This document shows, in pieces, positions 10,001 through 18,611 of a stretch of DNA of 45,816 nucleotides; position 1 is the first letter of the stretch; each line of letters begins with the position of its first letter. The stretch spans positions 6,269-52,084 of the forward strand of contig JBNGDZ010000003.1 in NCBI GenBank assembly GCA_049975765.1, read 5' to 3'. The stretch is from Armatimonadota bacterium. Its GTDB lineage: Bacteria; Armatimonadota; Zipacnadia; Zipacnadales; UBA5352. The notes under the pieces are model-generated. The model ran no database searches. It saw nothing but the letters and a program-made list of their open reading frames with translations, and had not been told where the DNA came from. Both the position numbers and the translations under genes were made by a program.

Positions 10001-10164
10001 AGGTCGAGCACAAGCCGGCCATCCTCGAATGCCGCCCGGCCCGGCTCATTGCTGCTCAGCTCCCACGCATCGCCCGGGCCATCCTCGAACTCCTCGACGA
10101 AGCTCTCCGCGCGAGCGCCTGTCGTCGGCACCAGCAGACATGCAAGCAGTAGCAGACAGCGCAT
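7057..10164 (-). CDS. Large secreted multidomain protein: ConA-like/LamG-type N-domain, Ig-like middle region, TIM-barrel glycoside-hydrolase-like domain (GH5/GH42-like)
   Basis: Track ORF 7057..10461 trimmed to ATG 10164 (MRCLLLLACLLVPTTGARAESF, a signal peptide; AGGGAG upstream). TIM-barrel-like stretch: HGIRAVINLFHYPYNQF...AYTIMGENDQALPVEWINRAYSLIKRHAPQQMVVLEQGG. The 99 codons upstream of Met-100 are Arg/Gly-rich junk. The GH family cannot be fixed by eye. Confidence 0.7.
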   Translation of the reverse strand: MRCLLLLACLLVPTTGARAESFVEEFEDGPGDAWELSSNEPGRAAFEDGRLVLDLTTPETGKWAWALLHRSIALPATVRWRQQLAQDSPNTYFCGLALLRRSGEWSGLNVGLGGGGLDDCVVLGSQRAAQGQVREGRWYRMALTLSSTEQVLEVTSDGSDRPLATLREHRALTRGPYFLRFFQNSHRLGPDLPDEYEQNRGATCIDDLQIEAQKLPVASPPPPGTSDPLAIPVVYNQATRWLTSEEGLSGGCIAWEASGEMPLTGESGVSRWLRLRRWVLPKVPRWPDQPTIRHVDAQTTEFLLPEGETEATFALRALQWNLDQHPRLRWSAQPRGVSWSLAVSATDGGHQFVWRLAETEETDAPSEGELDLRKIYRASGRPNARAEMDFVVTVRATDEGPQRPGLTLRLTVPGAAAVLPRTPVVVPLDVARQGVPLEAIVVGADGAIGHEGQLYATVNGRPVELTSVGESGLRRAELVGLPVGRHEISLRAASEGGGTLATGSAVVTVTDLDFLSRYDRARRSYCTPDGEASGPLLGDLFAWVLYEKLGAADRRMITGLDDYSGAVGAGADLSHTKWRVMPRADIQRYVAHLADSGVEVIRITPNVQVREYYLDAGGHLAMHGLEQLSYILDAARRHGIRAVINLFHYPYNQFGPPVSAYFEAGYPEQMQWRNDEMWALLSQYLNELLGFIGSDPAVMAYTIMGENDQALPVEWINRAYSLIKRHAPQQMVVLEQGGGILNCREGHPASYAEFAPATDGGVGYRAYQTHQYPTDCFMAVCARFYDLAPPSYHGEVACGIKVTPQFQVKLRDAMGLALTLQQTMAISWSAPPLEELRRAFAEAGNLVDWTRFRRAQPPVAVVFDEIDAETARRLVACEEMLQAQAVDCEYIGSEADRAGYLVTLDAREEIGPAAEDALRRAAEAASPVRVSEGNHTTYALSSDRRWMVAYVRNATRYEIMECDIHAVERCRMPDRRRRLRVTLRGFDGPCRYRVWDAATAALVREGKLREGIELDFGDTSADVVISVVPAERAED

Positions 10165-10232
10165 CCGGGGGCACTCCCTGTCAGTAGCCGGTCGATGTGG
10201 TGTGGTGTGCGAAGCCGCGAGGTGCCCCCGGC

Positions 10233-12320
10233 TTACCCCGGCGGCGCCTCGCCGCGATGGATGCCGATCTGTTCGATCAGCCCCACGAACCCGGGGGAGG
10301 GCGTATCCGCCACCGAGGTGCCGCCATCCGCGCCGACCTGCATCTCCTCGTTGGGGTCCTGGTAGACGGGCTCGTGGGCCTCGGCGCGAGCCACCTCCTC
10401 GCCGTCCACCCATATCATCATCTGCAGGTCCTCGCCGAGCATGGCAGTGATGGTCACCCACCCCCCGTCCAAGCGTGCCTCGCCGGCGGCCCGGCTGACG
10501 GCGCCCCCGGCGCGGATGACCAGCTCCGGCCTACCGTCGCGCAGCAGCAGCGCATAGCCGTGACTCTGCCCTCCGCGAGCCAGGACCACCCCGTCTTCGG
10601 CCTCAGGGCGGACGGTGGCGGTGATAGTGAAGGCCCTGCGCGTCGGATCCAGACTCTCGCTCTTCGGGACGCTGATGTGTTCCTCGCCCGAGAAGCGCCT
10701 GGCCGTCCCGCGCTCGGTCTCCACCAGCTCCGACCCCTCGTTGCGGCCGTGGTTGCCCTTGCCGCTGGCGTCCACCACGCGGTCGCCCTCATCGTCCTCG
10801 AAGGTGAACAGCAGCACCTGCTCGGCGGGGGCCTCGATGATGGTGAAGACATGCTCCGGGGGCGGCGTGTACCCTGTCTCCCGCTTCAGCTCCTCCAGCG
10901 CTGCGCGCATCTGAGCCAGCGTGCCGGCGTGCTCGGGAGCCAGCGCCAGGTTGGTCATCTCGTGGGGGTCATGCCGCAGATCGTACAGCTCGTCGATGTC
11001 ATCGAGGTCGGGGCAGGTGATGTACTTCCATCGGTCCGTGCGCACGGCCAGGATCGTCGGCAGCCCCGGCAGCCACCGCTCCTGATAGTACTGGTAGAAG
11101 AAGCGATCGCGCCACCCGGCCTCACGGCCCTGCAGCGGGCCGATCAGCGACCGGCCGTGCATTCCCGCCGGCACCTGCGCGCCCGCCAGCTCCAGGAGCG
11201 TCGGCGCCAGGTCGATGTTCAGAGCCATGGCCTCGATGCGGGCGCCGGCCTCGATCAGCGCCGGGTAGCGCATCAGCAGGGGGATGCGCATGGACTCCTC
11301 GTAGGCCAGGCGCTTATCGCCGCGGCGGTGCTCTCCCATGAAGTACCCGTTGTCCCCGGCGAAGGCCACCAGGGTGTTGTCCAGCTCACCGATGTCCGCC
11401 AGCGTCTCCAGCACGCGGCCGACGCTGTCGTCGATGCCAAGCATACAGCGCAGGTAGTCCAGCCGCGTGGCCTGCGTGGGGTCCCACTCCGGCGGTGGGA
11501 GGCTCTCCGGCGCCGGCTGATCCCGGTTGTCCTGGCGCGCGCCGTGAGCCATCGCGCGCCGTAGCCAGGCCGGCTTGTCAGCGAAGTCCTCGAAGAAGCT
11601 CGCGGGCGGAGGGATCTCGGCGTCGGGAAAGGCATCGCGGTGCCGGGGGGCGGGAGTGAACGGTCCGTGGGCGGCCTTGTGCGACAGCACCAGGCAGAAG
11701 GGCCCGTCCTGTCGCTGCAGCCACCGGACCGCGTAGTCGGTGAGGATGTCCGTCATATAGCCCTGGGCCTGGAAGGCTCGATGGTTCTCCTGCAGCGGCG
11801 GGTCCGTGTACTGGCCCTGCCCGACGAAGCTCAGCCAGTAATCGAAGCCCGGCCGGGGATCGGCGCTGCGCGCCATGTGCCACTTGCCGACGAAGGCCGT
11901 GCGGTAGCCCGCCCGCTGGAGCACTTGCGGGTAGGTCGGCATATCGGGGGGCACGTCCGTGCCCTCGTTGGTGCGCACGCCATGGCTGTGGGCGTGGCGG
12001 CCGGTGAGAAAGCAGGCACGGCTGGGGGAGCACAGAGAGATGGTCACGAAGGCGTTCTCGAAGCGCGCGCCCTCGCTGGCGAGCCGGTCGATGTTCGGGG
12101 TCTGCAGGAAGGGCCAGCGGTTGGGCATGTTGCTCATCGCATCCCACCGCTGGTCGTCGGTGAGGATCATCACGATGTTGGGCCTCCGCTGCTGGCTCCA
12201 GGCGCCCCGGCTCACGCCCAGACCCACGCCGGCCGCCGCCAGCGCCATCCGCTGGATTGCCTCTCGCCGGCTCATCCGCCCGCCGTCACCCATGTTACCG
12301 ACACCCTCTGCTCGCGTCAT
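10233..12320 (-). CDS. Formylglycine-type sulfatase (S1 family) with a C-terminal LamG (Laminin_G_3) domain
   Basis: Sulfatase signature: NIVMILTDDQRWD...SLCSPSRACFLTGR (C-x-P-x-R). Tat-like leader: MSRREAIQRMALAAAGVGLGVSRGAWS. The C-terminal ~190 aa (LLFTFEDDEGDRVVDASGKGNHG...WVTITAMLGEDLQMMIWVDGEEV...GLIEQIGIHRGE) are LamG-like. Start set at ATG 12320, which forms an ATGA overlap with the upstream stop. ATG 12293 and ATG 12275 are alternatives. Confidence 0.9.
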   Translation of the reverse strand: MTRAEGVGNMGDGGRMSRREAIQRMALAAAGVGLGVSRGAWSQQRRPNIVMILTDDQRWDAMSNMPNRWPFLQTPNIDRLASEGARFENAFVTISLCSPSRACFLTGRHAHSHGVRTNEGTDVPPDMPTYPQVLQRAGYRTAFVGKWHMARSADPRPGFDYWLSFVGQGQYTDPPLQENHRAFQAQGYMTDILTDYAVRWLQRQDGPFCLVLSHKAAHGPFTPAPRHRDAFPDAEIPPPASFFEDFADKPAWLRRAMAHGARQDNRDQPAPESLPPPEWDPTQATRLDYLRCMLGIDDSVGRVLETLADIGELDNTLVAFAGDNGYFMGEHRRGDKRLAYEESMRIPLLMRYPALIEAGARIEAMALNIDLAPTLLELAGAQVPAGMHGRSLIGPLQGREAGWRDRFFYQYYQERWLPGLPTILAVRTDRWKYITCPDLDDIDELYDLRHDPHEMTNLALAPEHAGTLAQMRAALEELKRETGYTPPPEHVFTIIEAPAEQVLLFTFEDDEGDRVVDASGKGNHGRNEGSELVETERGTARRFSGEEHISVPKSESLDPTRRAFTITATVRPEAEDGVVLARGGQSHGYALLLRDGRPELVIRAGGAVSRAAGEARLDGGWVTITAMLGEDLQMMIWVDGEEVARAEAHEPVYQDPNEEMQVGADGGTSVADTPSPGFVGLIEQIGIHRGEAPPG

Positions 12321-14587
12321 TCGCCCAGCGCCGCCCGCTCGGCGGGTATACGGTGCTCGACGATCTCCCGCAGTCCCTCCAGCTTGCGCTCGATCAGCTC
12401 CCGGTTGATCATGTAGCCGTACGCCTCTCCATGCCACCCCAGCCGGGAGTCCGCCTCGCACAGCGGGATCGCCGAGGAGGCGTTCTCGAGCTCGTCGCGG
12501 CAGATAAGGTCCATGCGCTCGAGAAGCGTCCGCCTCTCGGCAGGATCAGCGGAGTCGTGGAAGGCGTTGCGGGCCAGCAGAAAGTCCGTGACGTTCGCGG
12601 CGCTGACAAGCTGGGAGAGGCAGAAGCGCGCCACGCCGATCTCCCGGGCGAGCTGCTCCCGGGGCCATCCCTCCGCTCGCTCGAGCGCCGGCTCCATCAG
12701 GTCCAGGCCCTCAGCCCACTGCTCGGCGACCGCCCGGTAGCACTCCACCACCTTCCCGGCGCCGAAGGGGCTCACCCAGTCCAGCAGATCGCCCTTCACG
12801 TCGGTGTCGAGCATCCATGAGCGGGGGAACTTGCGGTCGATCTGATCGAAGACGAAGTGGAAGGCCGGGCCGCGGGAGACCGGTCCGTAGTACATCACCG
12901 GGATGCTGGTGGGGAAGTCATCCTGGGCCCGGCAGAGCCTCTCCCAGCCCGCGACCATGATCTCGGCGGCCTCCGGGCCGAAGTGCCTCGCGGCAACGCT
13001 GGTCAGCGCCTCCTCGACCGCTGGCTGCGGCTCCCAGGTCATCTCCCCGGCTACCTCGGTGGCCAGTGAGGGCATGTTGCCGAAGTTCCAGCAGGTCATC
13101 ATGCCCGTGCAGCCGGCCTGCACCAGCGCCTGCCACTTGCGCGCTATCTTCTGCAGCGCCGGCAGGTAGGGCACGTCGGGGTTCTCGTGCGTGGTCCCGA
13201 TCTGGACCTTGGCGTAGACGGGCAGGTTCCGCTCGCGCTGGAAGTCGGCAACCCCTGTGAAGCGCGGTGAGGGGCCGATGACCTTGATGGAGTACTCGTC
13301 GTTCGTGTACTCGAAGTCCAGCGCCGAGGTCGGCTGCCCGCGCTCGAAGTCGCCCATCACAATGACATCGTCCGGAAGCTGCTCCAGCACGCCGCGCTGG
13401 GGGTCGGGCTCGTACATGTTCCAGCTCCAGTTCCAGGCGATGACCTCGGCCCCGGGCCTGGCGGCCTTCACGCCGTCGCGGATGAGGGTGATGATCTCAC
13501 CGACGACCTCCTGCGGCGTGCGCTGGGCGCAACGCGGGCAGAGCTGGCCCTCCTCGATCATCTCCTCAAGCTGCTCGGCGCTGCCGGGGCGCTTGGTGTG
13601 GCAGTAGCAGTGGCTGGGGTACTCCGACGCGGTGATCAGCAGCACCCCGGCGAGCTCCGGGACCTGCGTGAAGACGTACTCGCAGGACTGGGACAGGTAG
13701 TCCTTGACCTCCTGGGTGCTGCTGCACAGGTAGTTGACCGGCTTGAGGTGGCACAGGGGCCCCTTGACCTGCGGGTGCCGCTGCCAGAACGGGTCGTCCT
13801 CATCCAGGCCCATGGGCTCATTGAGGTAGAGGAAGACGCGGATGCCGAAGCGCGCGGCTCGCCGGCAGAGGCGCTGCAGCTCGGACAGGATGCGCTCGGC
13901 GTCCGCCCCGAACTCCGGGAAGACCTCGCACTTCGCGAACTTGCGCAGGGCGCCGCGGATCCAGATGCCGTTGAAGCCGTGCATCGCCAGCCGCAGCAGC
14001 AGGTTGTCGTCGTAGAAGGAGTCGGGTCCTGCATCCTCCTCGATCCACGCCGGGTACTCGCACTTCGTCTCCCGCCACCTGCTCTCGAAGGGCGGGCCGG
14101 CATAGCCGGTCAGCTCCTCGACGTAGAACGGTGACAGCGGCGAGCGGTGGATCCGGTGCCGGAACAGCGGCCTGCGCGTCTCCTCCACGGCCGGCACGAA
14201 GGGCCCGCCGCGCTCGCGCATCAGCCCGATGAGTCGGAAGACGCCGTGCAGCACCCCGGCCCGCCCGGCCCCGCACACCTGGATGCCGTCCTCGGAGATG
14301 TACAGGGCGTGGGCCTCCGGATCGTCGCCCGTATCCGGCTCGATGCGCAGCACGATCCGGCGCTCGGCGGCTCGGGCCCTGGGAACGCCGTATGACAGGT
14401 GCAGGACGTCCTCGAGCGTGTCCGCGGCGGCGGCAACGGCCGGCTCCTCGGCTTCGGCCACCACCTCCCATGAGCCATCGATGCGCACATCACCCGCCTG
14501 GGGCCGCGCGCCCGGGCGGTAGGCGATCTCAGTCCACAGCGGCGAGCGAAGGTCGGTCGAGAACGGGATGGTATCAGCCAGCTTCAT
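12317..14587 (-). CDS. Putative glycoside hydrolase: GH20b/GH67N-like N-terminal domain plus TIM-barrel-like core; family unknown
   Basis: Track ORF 12317..14659 trimmed to ATG 14587 (MKLADTIPF...), which has GGAGGA 8 nt upstream. The N-domain pattern (RRIVLRIEPDTGDDPEAHALYISEDGIQVCGAGRAGVLHGVFRLIGLM) is typical of hexosaminidase/glucuronidase N-domains. The core contains FNGIWIRG, RVFLYLNEP, and a Cys cluster (SHCYCH...CPRC) reminiscent of the DUF4838 cluster at 21714..24146. Confidence 0.6.
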   Translation of the reverse strand: MKLADTIPFSTDLRSPLWTEIAYRPGARPQAGDVRIDGSWEVVAEAEEPAVAAAADTLEDVLHLSYGVPRARAAERRIVLRIEPDTGDDPEAHALYISEDGIQVCGAGRAGVLHGVFRLIGLMRERGGPFVPAVEETRRPLFRHRIHRSPLSPFYVEELTGYAGPPFESRWRETKCEYPAWIEEDAGPDSFYDDNLLLRLAMHGFNGIWIRGALRKFAKCEVFPEFGADAERILSELQRLCRRAARFGIRVFLYLNEPMGLDEDDPFWQRHPQVKGPLCHLKPVNYLCSSTQEVKDYLSQSCEYVFTQVPELAGVLLITASEYPSHCYCHTKRPGSAEQLEEMIEEGQLCPRCAQRTPQEVVGEIITLIRDGVKAARPGAEVIAWNWSWNMYEPDPQRGVLEQLPDDVIVMGDFERGQPTSALDFEYTNDEYSIKVIGPSPRFTGVADFQRERNLPVYAKVQIGTTHENPDVPYLPALQKIARKWQALVQAGCTGMMTCWNFGNMPSLATEVAGEMTWEPQPAVEEALTSVAARHFGPEAAEIMVAGWERLCRAQDDFPTSIPVMYYGPVSRGPAFHFVFDQIDRKFPRSWMLDTDVKGDLLDWVSPFGAGKVVECYRAVAEQWAEGLDLMEPALERAEGWPREQLAREIGVARFCLSQLVSAANVTDFLLARNAFHDSADPAERRTLLERMDLICRDELENASSAIPLCEADSRLGWHGEAYGYMINRELIERKLEGLREIVEHRIPAERAALGE

Positions 14588-14658
14588 ATGGTGATCCTCC
14601 AGATGCGGTCCCCGAGTCGGGAGCCAGCGGCGGTAGGCTCGATGGGCCGACAACGGCA

Positions 14659-15036
14659 TCAGCCGCTGCCGAAGCCTATAGTGGTGTAGTAGGCCAGCCT
14701 CTCCTGGCGGACGTCGGCGCGCCCGATCTGCGCCACCACGTTCACGGTGGAGCGCAGCCGCAGGGCGTACTGCCCGAAGGGGATCTCGAAGCCCCGGTCG
14801 CCCACCGGCCGGTCGAGCCGGAAGCAGCGCACCCGGCGCGCGGGCACCTCGACCTTCAGGCCCTCCTCGGGCTCCCGCTCGGCGAAGTAGACGTCGATCT
14901 CGATCTGCGCTCTCTCATCGCCAGTGTTGAGCACGATCAGGGACTCGTGCCCCTCCAGCGGCAGGTCGGGCTGGCCCCTGGGCGGGAGGTCCCCGTCGGG
15001 GAAGATCCACACGCGATGCCCCTCGCCGGCGCTCAT
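14659..15036 (-). CDS. Sensory rhodopsin transducer (ASRT) family protein
   Basis: 125 aa with AGGAGGG 7 nt upstream of the ATG. It aligns by eye along its whole length with Anabaena ASRT: GDLPPRG..HESLIVLNTGDERAQIEIDVYFAEREPE....VPARRV..FRLD........IP....YALRLRSTVNVVAQIGRADVRQ...AYYTTIGF. Confidence 0.8.
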   Translation of the reverse strand: MSAGEGHRVWIFPDGDLPPRGQPDLPLEGHESLIVLNTGDERAQIEIDVYFAEREPEEGLKVEVPARRVRCFRLDRPVGDRGFEIPFGQYALRLRSTVNVVAQIGRADVRQERLAYYTTIGFGSG

Positions 15037-15066
15037 CGAAATCCCTCCTGTCTCGCCGCTGCCCGG

Positions 15067-15951
15067 TCAGTCCCAGCTCGCGGCAAGGTCGCGGGCGGTG
15101 GTGAAGTCCGCGCCGCGCTCATCGAGCAGGGTCAGCAGAACGCCGAGCTGCTCCAGCGCGTACTCGCCGCAGTTCTCCACCAGGAAGTAGTCGGGGATCA
15201 CGGTGCCCTCCCCGTAGTGCATCCTGGTGGGCATCTCGACGAACTCCCAGGGGTGGAAGTAGAAGCACAGGACCACGGGCTGCTCTCGCTCGCGCACGTA
15301 GCCGATGAAGGCGTCGATGTGGGTCATGAGACGGTCGGCGCTCTCGGTGCGGAACAGCGGCCACTGGTCGCGGTCTCGGCCGTACTGATCGGTGCTGTCG
15401 ATGGTCATGTCGGCGAAGTTGGGGATCTCCAAGATCCCCATCTCGCCCGGCTGCGTCCAGTCGTCGCGACTGGGGTGATACGGTGCCAGCCGCTCCTCGT
15501 AGTAGTAGAGCGGGTAGGAGGCGTCGGCGACGTACCCGAGCTCCTCCAGGGCGCTGATCACCGCCGTGCTGCCCCACAGACGCGGAGCCCGGAAGGACAC
15601 CGGCGAACTCCCCAGGCTCTCGGCCACCCACTGTGTGGCGACGCGCAGCCGCAGCGGCACCTCCTCGGGCAGCAGCGGCTTGACACCCGGGATCTCGAAG
15701 ATGGGGTCGCCGACCGTCTCGTGGTACAGGGAGTGGCAGCCCACCTCGTGGCCGCCGTCATCCACCGTCCGGACGATGTCAGGGAACTGGCGGGCGGCAT
15801 CGCCGGTGAAGAAGAACGTGCCGGTGGCCACGTGCTCCTCGAGCAGCTCCAGGATCAGCGGGGTTCCCTGCTGGATGCCCTCGTAGTAGGGCGACCAGCT
15901 ACCCACATCGGTCTCCATGTCAAAGCCCAGGACGACCGTGATGTCAGACAT
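15067..15951 (-). CDS. Polysaccharide deacetylase (CE4 / NodB homology domain)
   Basis: 294 aa. Contains VVLGFDMETDVG (Asp motif), TGTFFFTG and GHEVGCHSLYHE (His motif). GGAGA lies 6 nt upstream of the ATG. Confidence 0.85.
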   Translation of the reverse strand: MSDITVVLGFDMETDVGSWSPYYEGIQQGTPLILELLEEHVATGTFFFTGDAARQFPDIVRTVDDGGHEVGCHSLYHETVGDPIFEIPGVKPLLPEEVPLRLRVATQWVAESLGSSPVSFRAPRLWGSTAVISALEELGYVADASYPLYYYEERLAPYHPSRDDWTQPGEMGILEIPNFADMTIDSTDQYGRDRDQWPLFRTESADRLMTHIDAFIGYVREREQPVVLCFYFHPWEFVEMPTRMHYGEGTVIPDYFLVENCGEYALEQLGVLLTLLDERGADFTTARDLAASWD

Positions 15952-16069
15952 GATGGTCTCCAGTCTCCAGCGTAGCAGTCCTCAGCCGCCGGCTGACGGC
16001 AACCGCGGCAGCTTCCCACCGCCGCCGTTCGCGGCGGGCACTGGCGTTGCTCGCAGCTCCAGACCGCCG

Positions 16070-17233
16070 TTAGAGCTCGATGACCTCCAGGAAGCGGTCC
16101 GACAGCATCTCCACGCCGTCGCTGGTGACGCGCACGCCATCCTCCCACCGCAGGCCGAAGTCCTCGGTGTAGAAGAAGGTATCCACCTGGAAGGTCATGT
16201 TCTCCTCGAGGAGGTACTCCGAGCTGCTCTCCATCCAGGGGCGCTCCACCTCCATCAGCCCGATGGAGTGGCAGGGCCCGTAGAGCATGTTCTCGGTGTA
16301 GCCCTTCTGCTCGACGAACTCCTCGTACTTGATGACGACCTGCTTCGCGGGGATGCCGGCCCGCATCAGCTCCATGGTCTTGTGGTGGGCCTCCAGCCCC
16401 ACCTCCACCAGCTCACGCATGGCGTCGGGCATCGGGCCGAAGCACACGGGCCGGCCCACGGAGGAGGAGTAGCCGCTGACGAGGGCCCCGATGTTGAGCT
16501 GGATCATCTCGCCCTCGCAAAGCTCCGCGGCGCTGGGCCGGCCGATGGCGTGGGTGCTCGCCTCCCCGCTGAGCACGTAGGTGGGATGGCCCTCGTACTC
16601 CGCGCCGGCGGCGTACATGGCCCCCTGGGCGATGCCCACCACCTGCTGCTCGGTCATCCCCGGCTTCATCTGCTCCAGGACCACCTCGGTGGCCTCCTCG
16701 CTGATGCGGAAGGCCTCGCGCATGCAGGCGATCTCGTTCTCGCTCTTGACCTGGCGCATCTCGGTCAGCAGGTCGTCGGCCCGCACCACCTCTGCGTCGC
16801 CCGCCGCCGCCTCGATGGCGCTGTAGATGGTCATGGGCATGACCGACAGCCCCGCGATGCCGCTGCGGCTCACCTCGCCGTCGGCCACCGCGGCGAAGAC
16901 GTCCTCGAAGGTGTCCAGCTTCATGCCGGGGTAGTCCGGCTCCGCGGACTCCCGGTACTGGAGGATCTGCATGATCGTCGAGATGCGGCTGCGGTCCTCG
17001 GCGAAGGTGAGACTCTCCGGGCCGATGAGCAGCGCCGGCTCGCCGCTGCGCCCGATGGCCACTCCTCCGGTCTCGAACAGCGGCCAGTAGTCCGAGAGGT
17101 AGCGCACGTTGGCCGGGTCGGCCTCGTGACCGTGGGCGATGACCACATCGAGGTCCTGCTCGGCCATCTTCTCCTGCAGCCTATGCCATCGCTGTTCGAA
17201 CTCGGAATCAGGGATCGACGGTGTCGGTGCCAT
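16070..17233 (-). CDS. M24-family metallopeptidase (Xaa-Pro peptidase/creatinase fold)
   Basis: Track ORF 16070..17449 trimmed to ATG 17233 (MAPTPSIPDSEFEQRWHRLQEKMAEQDLDVVIAHG), which has AGGAGG 8 nt upstream. Creatinase-N-like N-domain, then a pita-bread domain: GMTEQQVVG...GHPTYVLSGEAS...GEMIQLNIGALVSGYSSSVGRPV...HSIGLMEVERPW. Confidence 0.85.
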   Translation of the reverse strand: MAPTPSIPDSEFEQRWHRLQEKMAEQDLDVVIAHGHEADPANVRYLSDYWPLFETGGVAIGRSGEPALLIGPESLTFAEDRSRISTIMQILQYRESAEPDYPGMKLDTFEDVFAAVADGEVSRSGIAGLSVMPMTIYSAIEAAAGDAEVVRADDLLTEMRQVKSENEIACMREAFRISEEATEVVLEQMKPGMTEQQVVGIAQGAMYAAGAEYEGHPTYVLSGEASTHAIGRPSAAELCEGEMIQLNIGALVSGYSSSVGRPVCFGPMPDAMRELVEVGLEAHHKTMELMRAGIPAKQVVIKYEEFVEQKGYTENMLYGPCHSIGLMEVERPWMESSSEYLLEENMTFQVDTFFYTEDFGLRWEDGVRVTSDGVEMLSDRFLEVIEL

Positions 17234-17472
17234 GCTCGTGGCCTCCTGATGGTGAGATTCGGCGCCGGCCGCCTGGCTGGGGCCGGTCCGGGAGTTCTGC
17301 CTCGTCGCGTGACTCACCTGGTGTCGAAACACGACCATCTGTCGGGGGCCTACTTTCGCCGACGCATCGGCTGTCTCCTGCCCGCACCCGGCGCCGGGAG
17401 AAGGGGATTGGAGGCGGAGCCGCGAAGTCCGTCCCACCCGCCCCATCACATCGAACAGGGAGAGAGCGGATA

Positions 17473-18600
17473 TTGGAGCTTGAGGGCGACGGTTGGAGAT
17501 ACTGGCAGCCGACTGAGATCGTGTTCGGTCCCGGGGTTCGACGGCAGCTTCCCGGAGTCATCTCGGAGCTTGGCGAATCGCCGGTGCTCGTGACCGACAG
17601 CGGGCTCGCCGAGCTTCCGCTCATCGAGGAGATCCGCGGCATACTCGGCCCCGGGACCCCCGTGTTCGCGGAGGTCGAGCCCAACCCCACGGTCGGGATG
17701 GTGGACGCGCTGGCGCGGACCATCCGCGAGCAGGATATCGACGTCGTCGTGGCCGCAGGCGGCGGAAGCTCCATGGACTGCGCGAAGGTCGCCTGCTCCG
17801 TGGCGGTGCAGGGCGGTCTCGCCCGGCAGTATCACTCCGAGGGGGCCACGCTCGACGACAGGCATCTGCCGCTTGTCGCCATGCCGACCACCGCCGGCAC
17901 CGGCAGCGAGGTGACGCCCAACGCGGTGCTCGGCGACCCGGAGAAGGGCGTCAAGGCCCCGCTGGTGCATGAGAACTTCTACCCCACCGTGGCGCTGATC
18001 GACGCCGAGGTGACGGCCTCCATGCCGCCGACGGTGACCGCCTCCACCGGCTTTGATGCCCTGGCCCACGCGGTGGAGGGCTACTGGTCGAAGAACCACC
18101 AGCCCATCTGCGACCTCTTCGCGCGGGAGGCGGTGAGGCTGGTCTTCGACTACCTGCCCCGGGCGCTGGAGGAGCCGGCGGACACGGAGGCCCGGGAGGG
18201 CATGTCGATGGCGGCGCTGTTCGGCGGGCTCGCCTTCCAGGCGCCCCAGAACGCGGCCGTGCATGCCTGCTCATTCCCGTTCTCCGCTACATATCACCTG
18301 CCGCACGGAACGGCCTGCGCCATGACGCTGGATCACTTCATCCGCTTCAACGCCCCGGCCATGGGTGAGCGGGGGCAGGCGCTGGCGCGGGCGGCCGGCT
18401 GCCAGGACATGCTGGAGTTCGCCGACGAGGTGGCGCGGATGAAGGCCGCCTCGCCCCTGCCCACGACGCTGGGCGAGATCGGCGTGACGGAGGAGGACAT
18501 CGACGACATCGTTGAGAGCAGCTTCCACCCGCTGATGGACAACAACCCGCGAGAGGTCACCCGCGACGACCTCCGCGAGATCTACCGCAGCATGCTGTGA
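17473..18600 (+). CDS. Iron-containing (group III) alcohol dehydrogenase
   Basis: Fe-ADH motifs: VVAAGGGSSMDCAKV, PLVAMPTTAGTGSEVTPNAV, GFDALAHAVEGY, HACSFPFSATYHLPHGTACA. The track ORF (17221..18600) has no Met near the conserved N-terminus. I chose in-frame TTG 17473 (LELEGDGWRYWQPTEIVFGPG), which has GGGAGAGAG upstream. The start is uncertain by tens of nt. Confidence 0.85.
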   Translation: MELEGDGWRYWQPTEIVFGPGVRRQLPGVISELGESPVLVTDSGLAELPLIEEIRGILGPGTPVFAEVEPNPTVGMVDALARTIREQDIDVVVAAGGGSSMDCAKVACSVAVQGGLARQYHSEGATLDDRHLPLVAMPTTAGTGSEVTPNAVLGDPEKGVKAPLVHENFYPTVALIDAEVTASMPPTVTASTGFDALAHAVEGYWSKNHQPICDLFAREAVRLVFDYLPRALEEPADTEAREGMSMAALFGGLAFQAPQNAAVHACSFPFSATYHLPHGTACAMTLDHFIRFNAPAMGERGQALARAAGCQDMLEFADEVARMKAASPLPTTLGEIGVTEEDIDDIVESSFHPLMDNNPREVTRDDLREIYRSML

Positions 18601-18611
18601 GGAGAGGTCAC

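Noticed and set aside
7057-10461. N-terminal extensions of track ORFs. Examples: 7057..10461, 10233..12461, 12317..14659, 16070..17449, 17221..18600, 38590..39843, 42351..43721, 33244..34158, 2182..3450.
   Set aside because: The extensions are Arg/Gly-rich, overlap neighbouring genes, and precede internal starts that have SD sequences, signal peptides or conserved family N-termini. I trimmed the coordinates accordingly.
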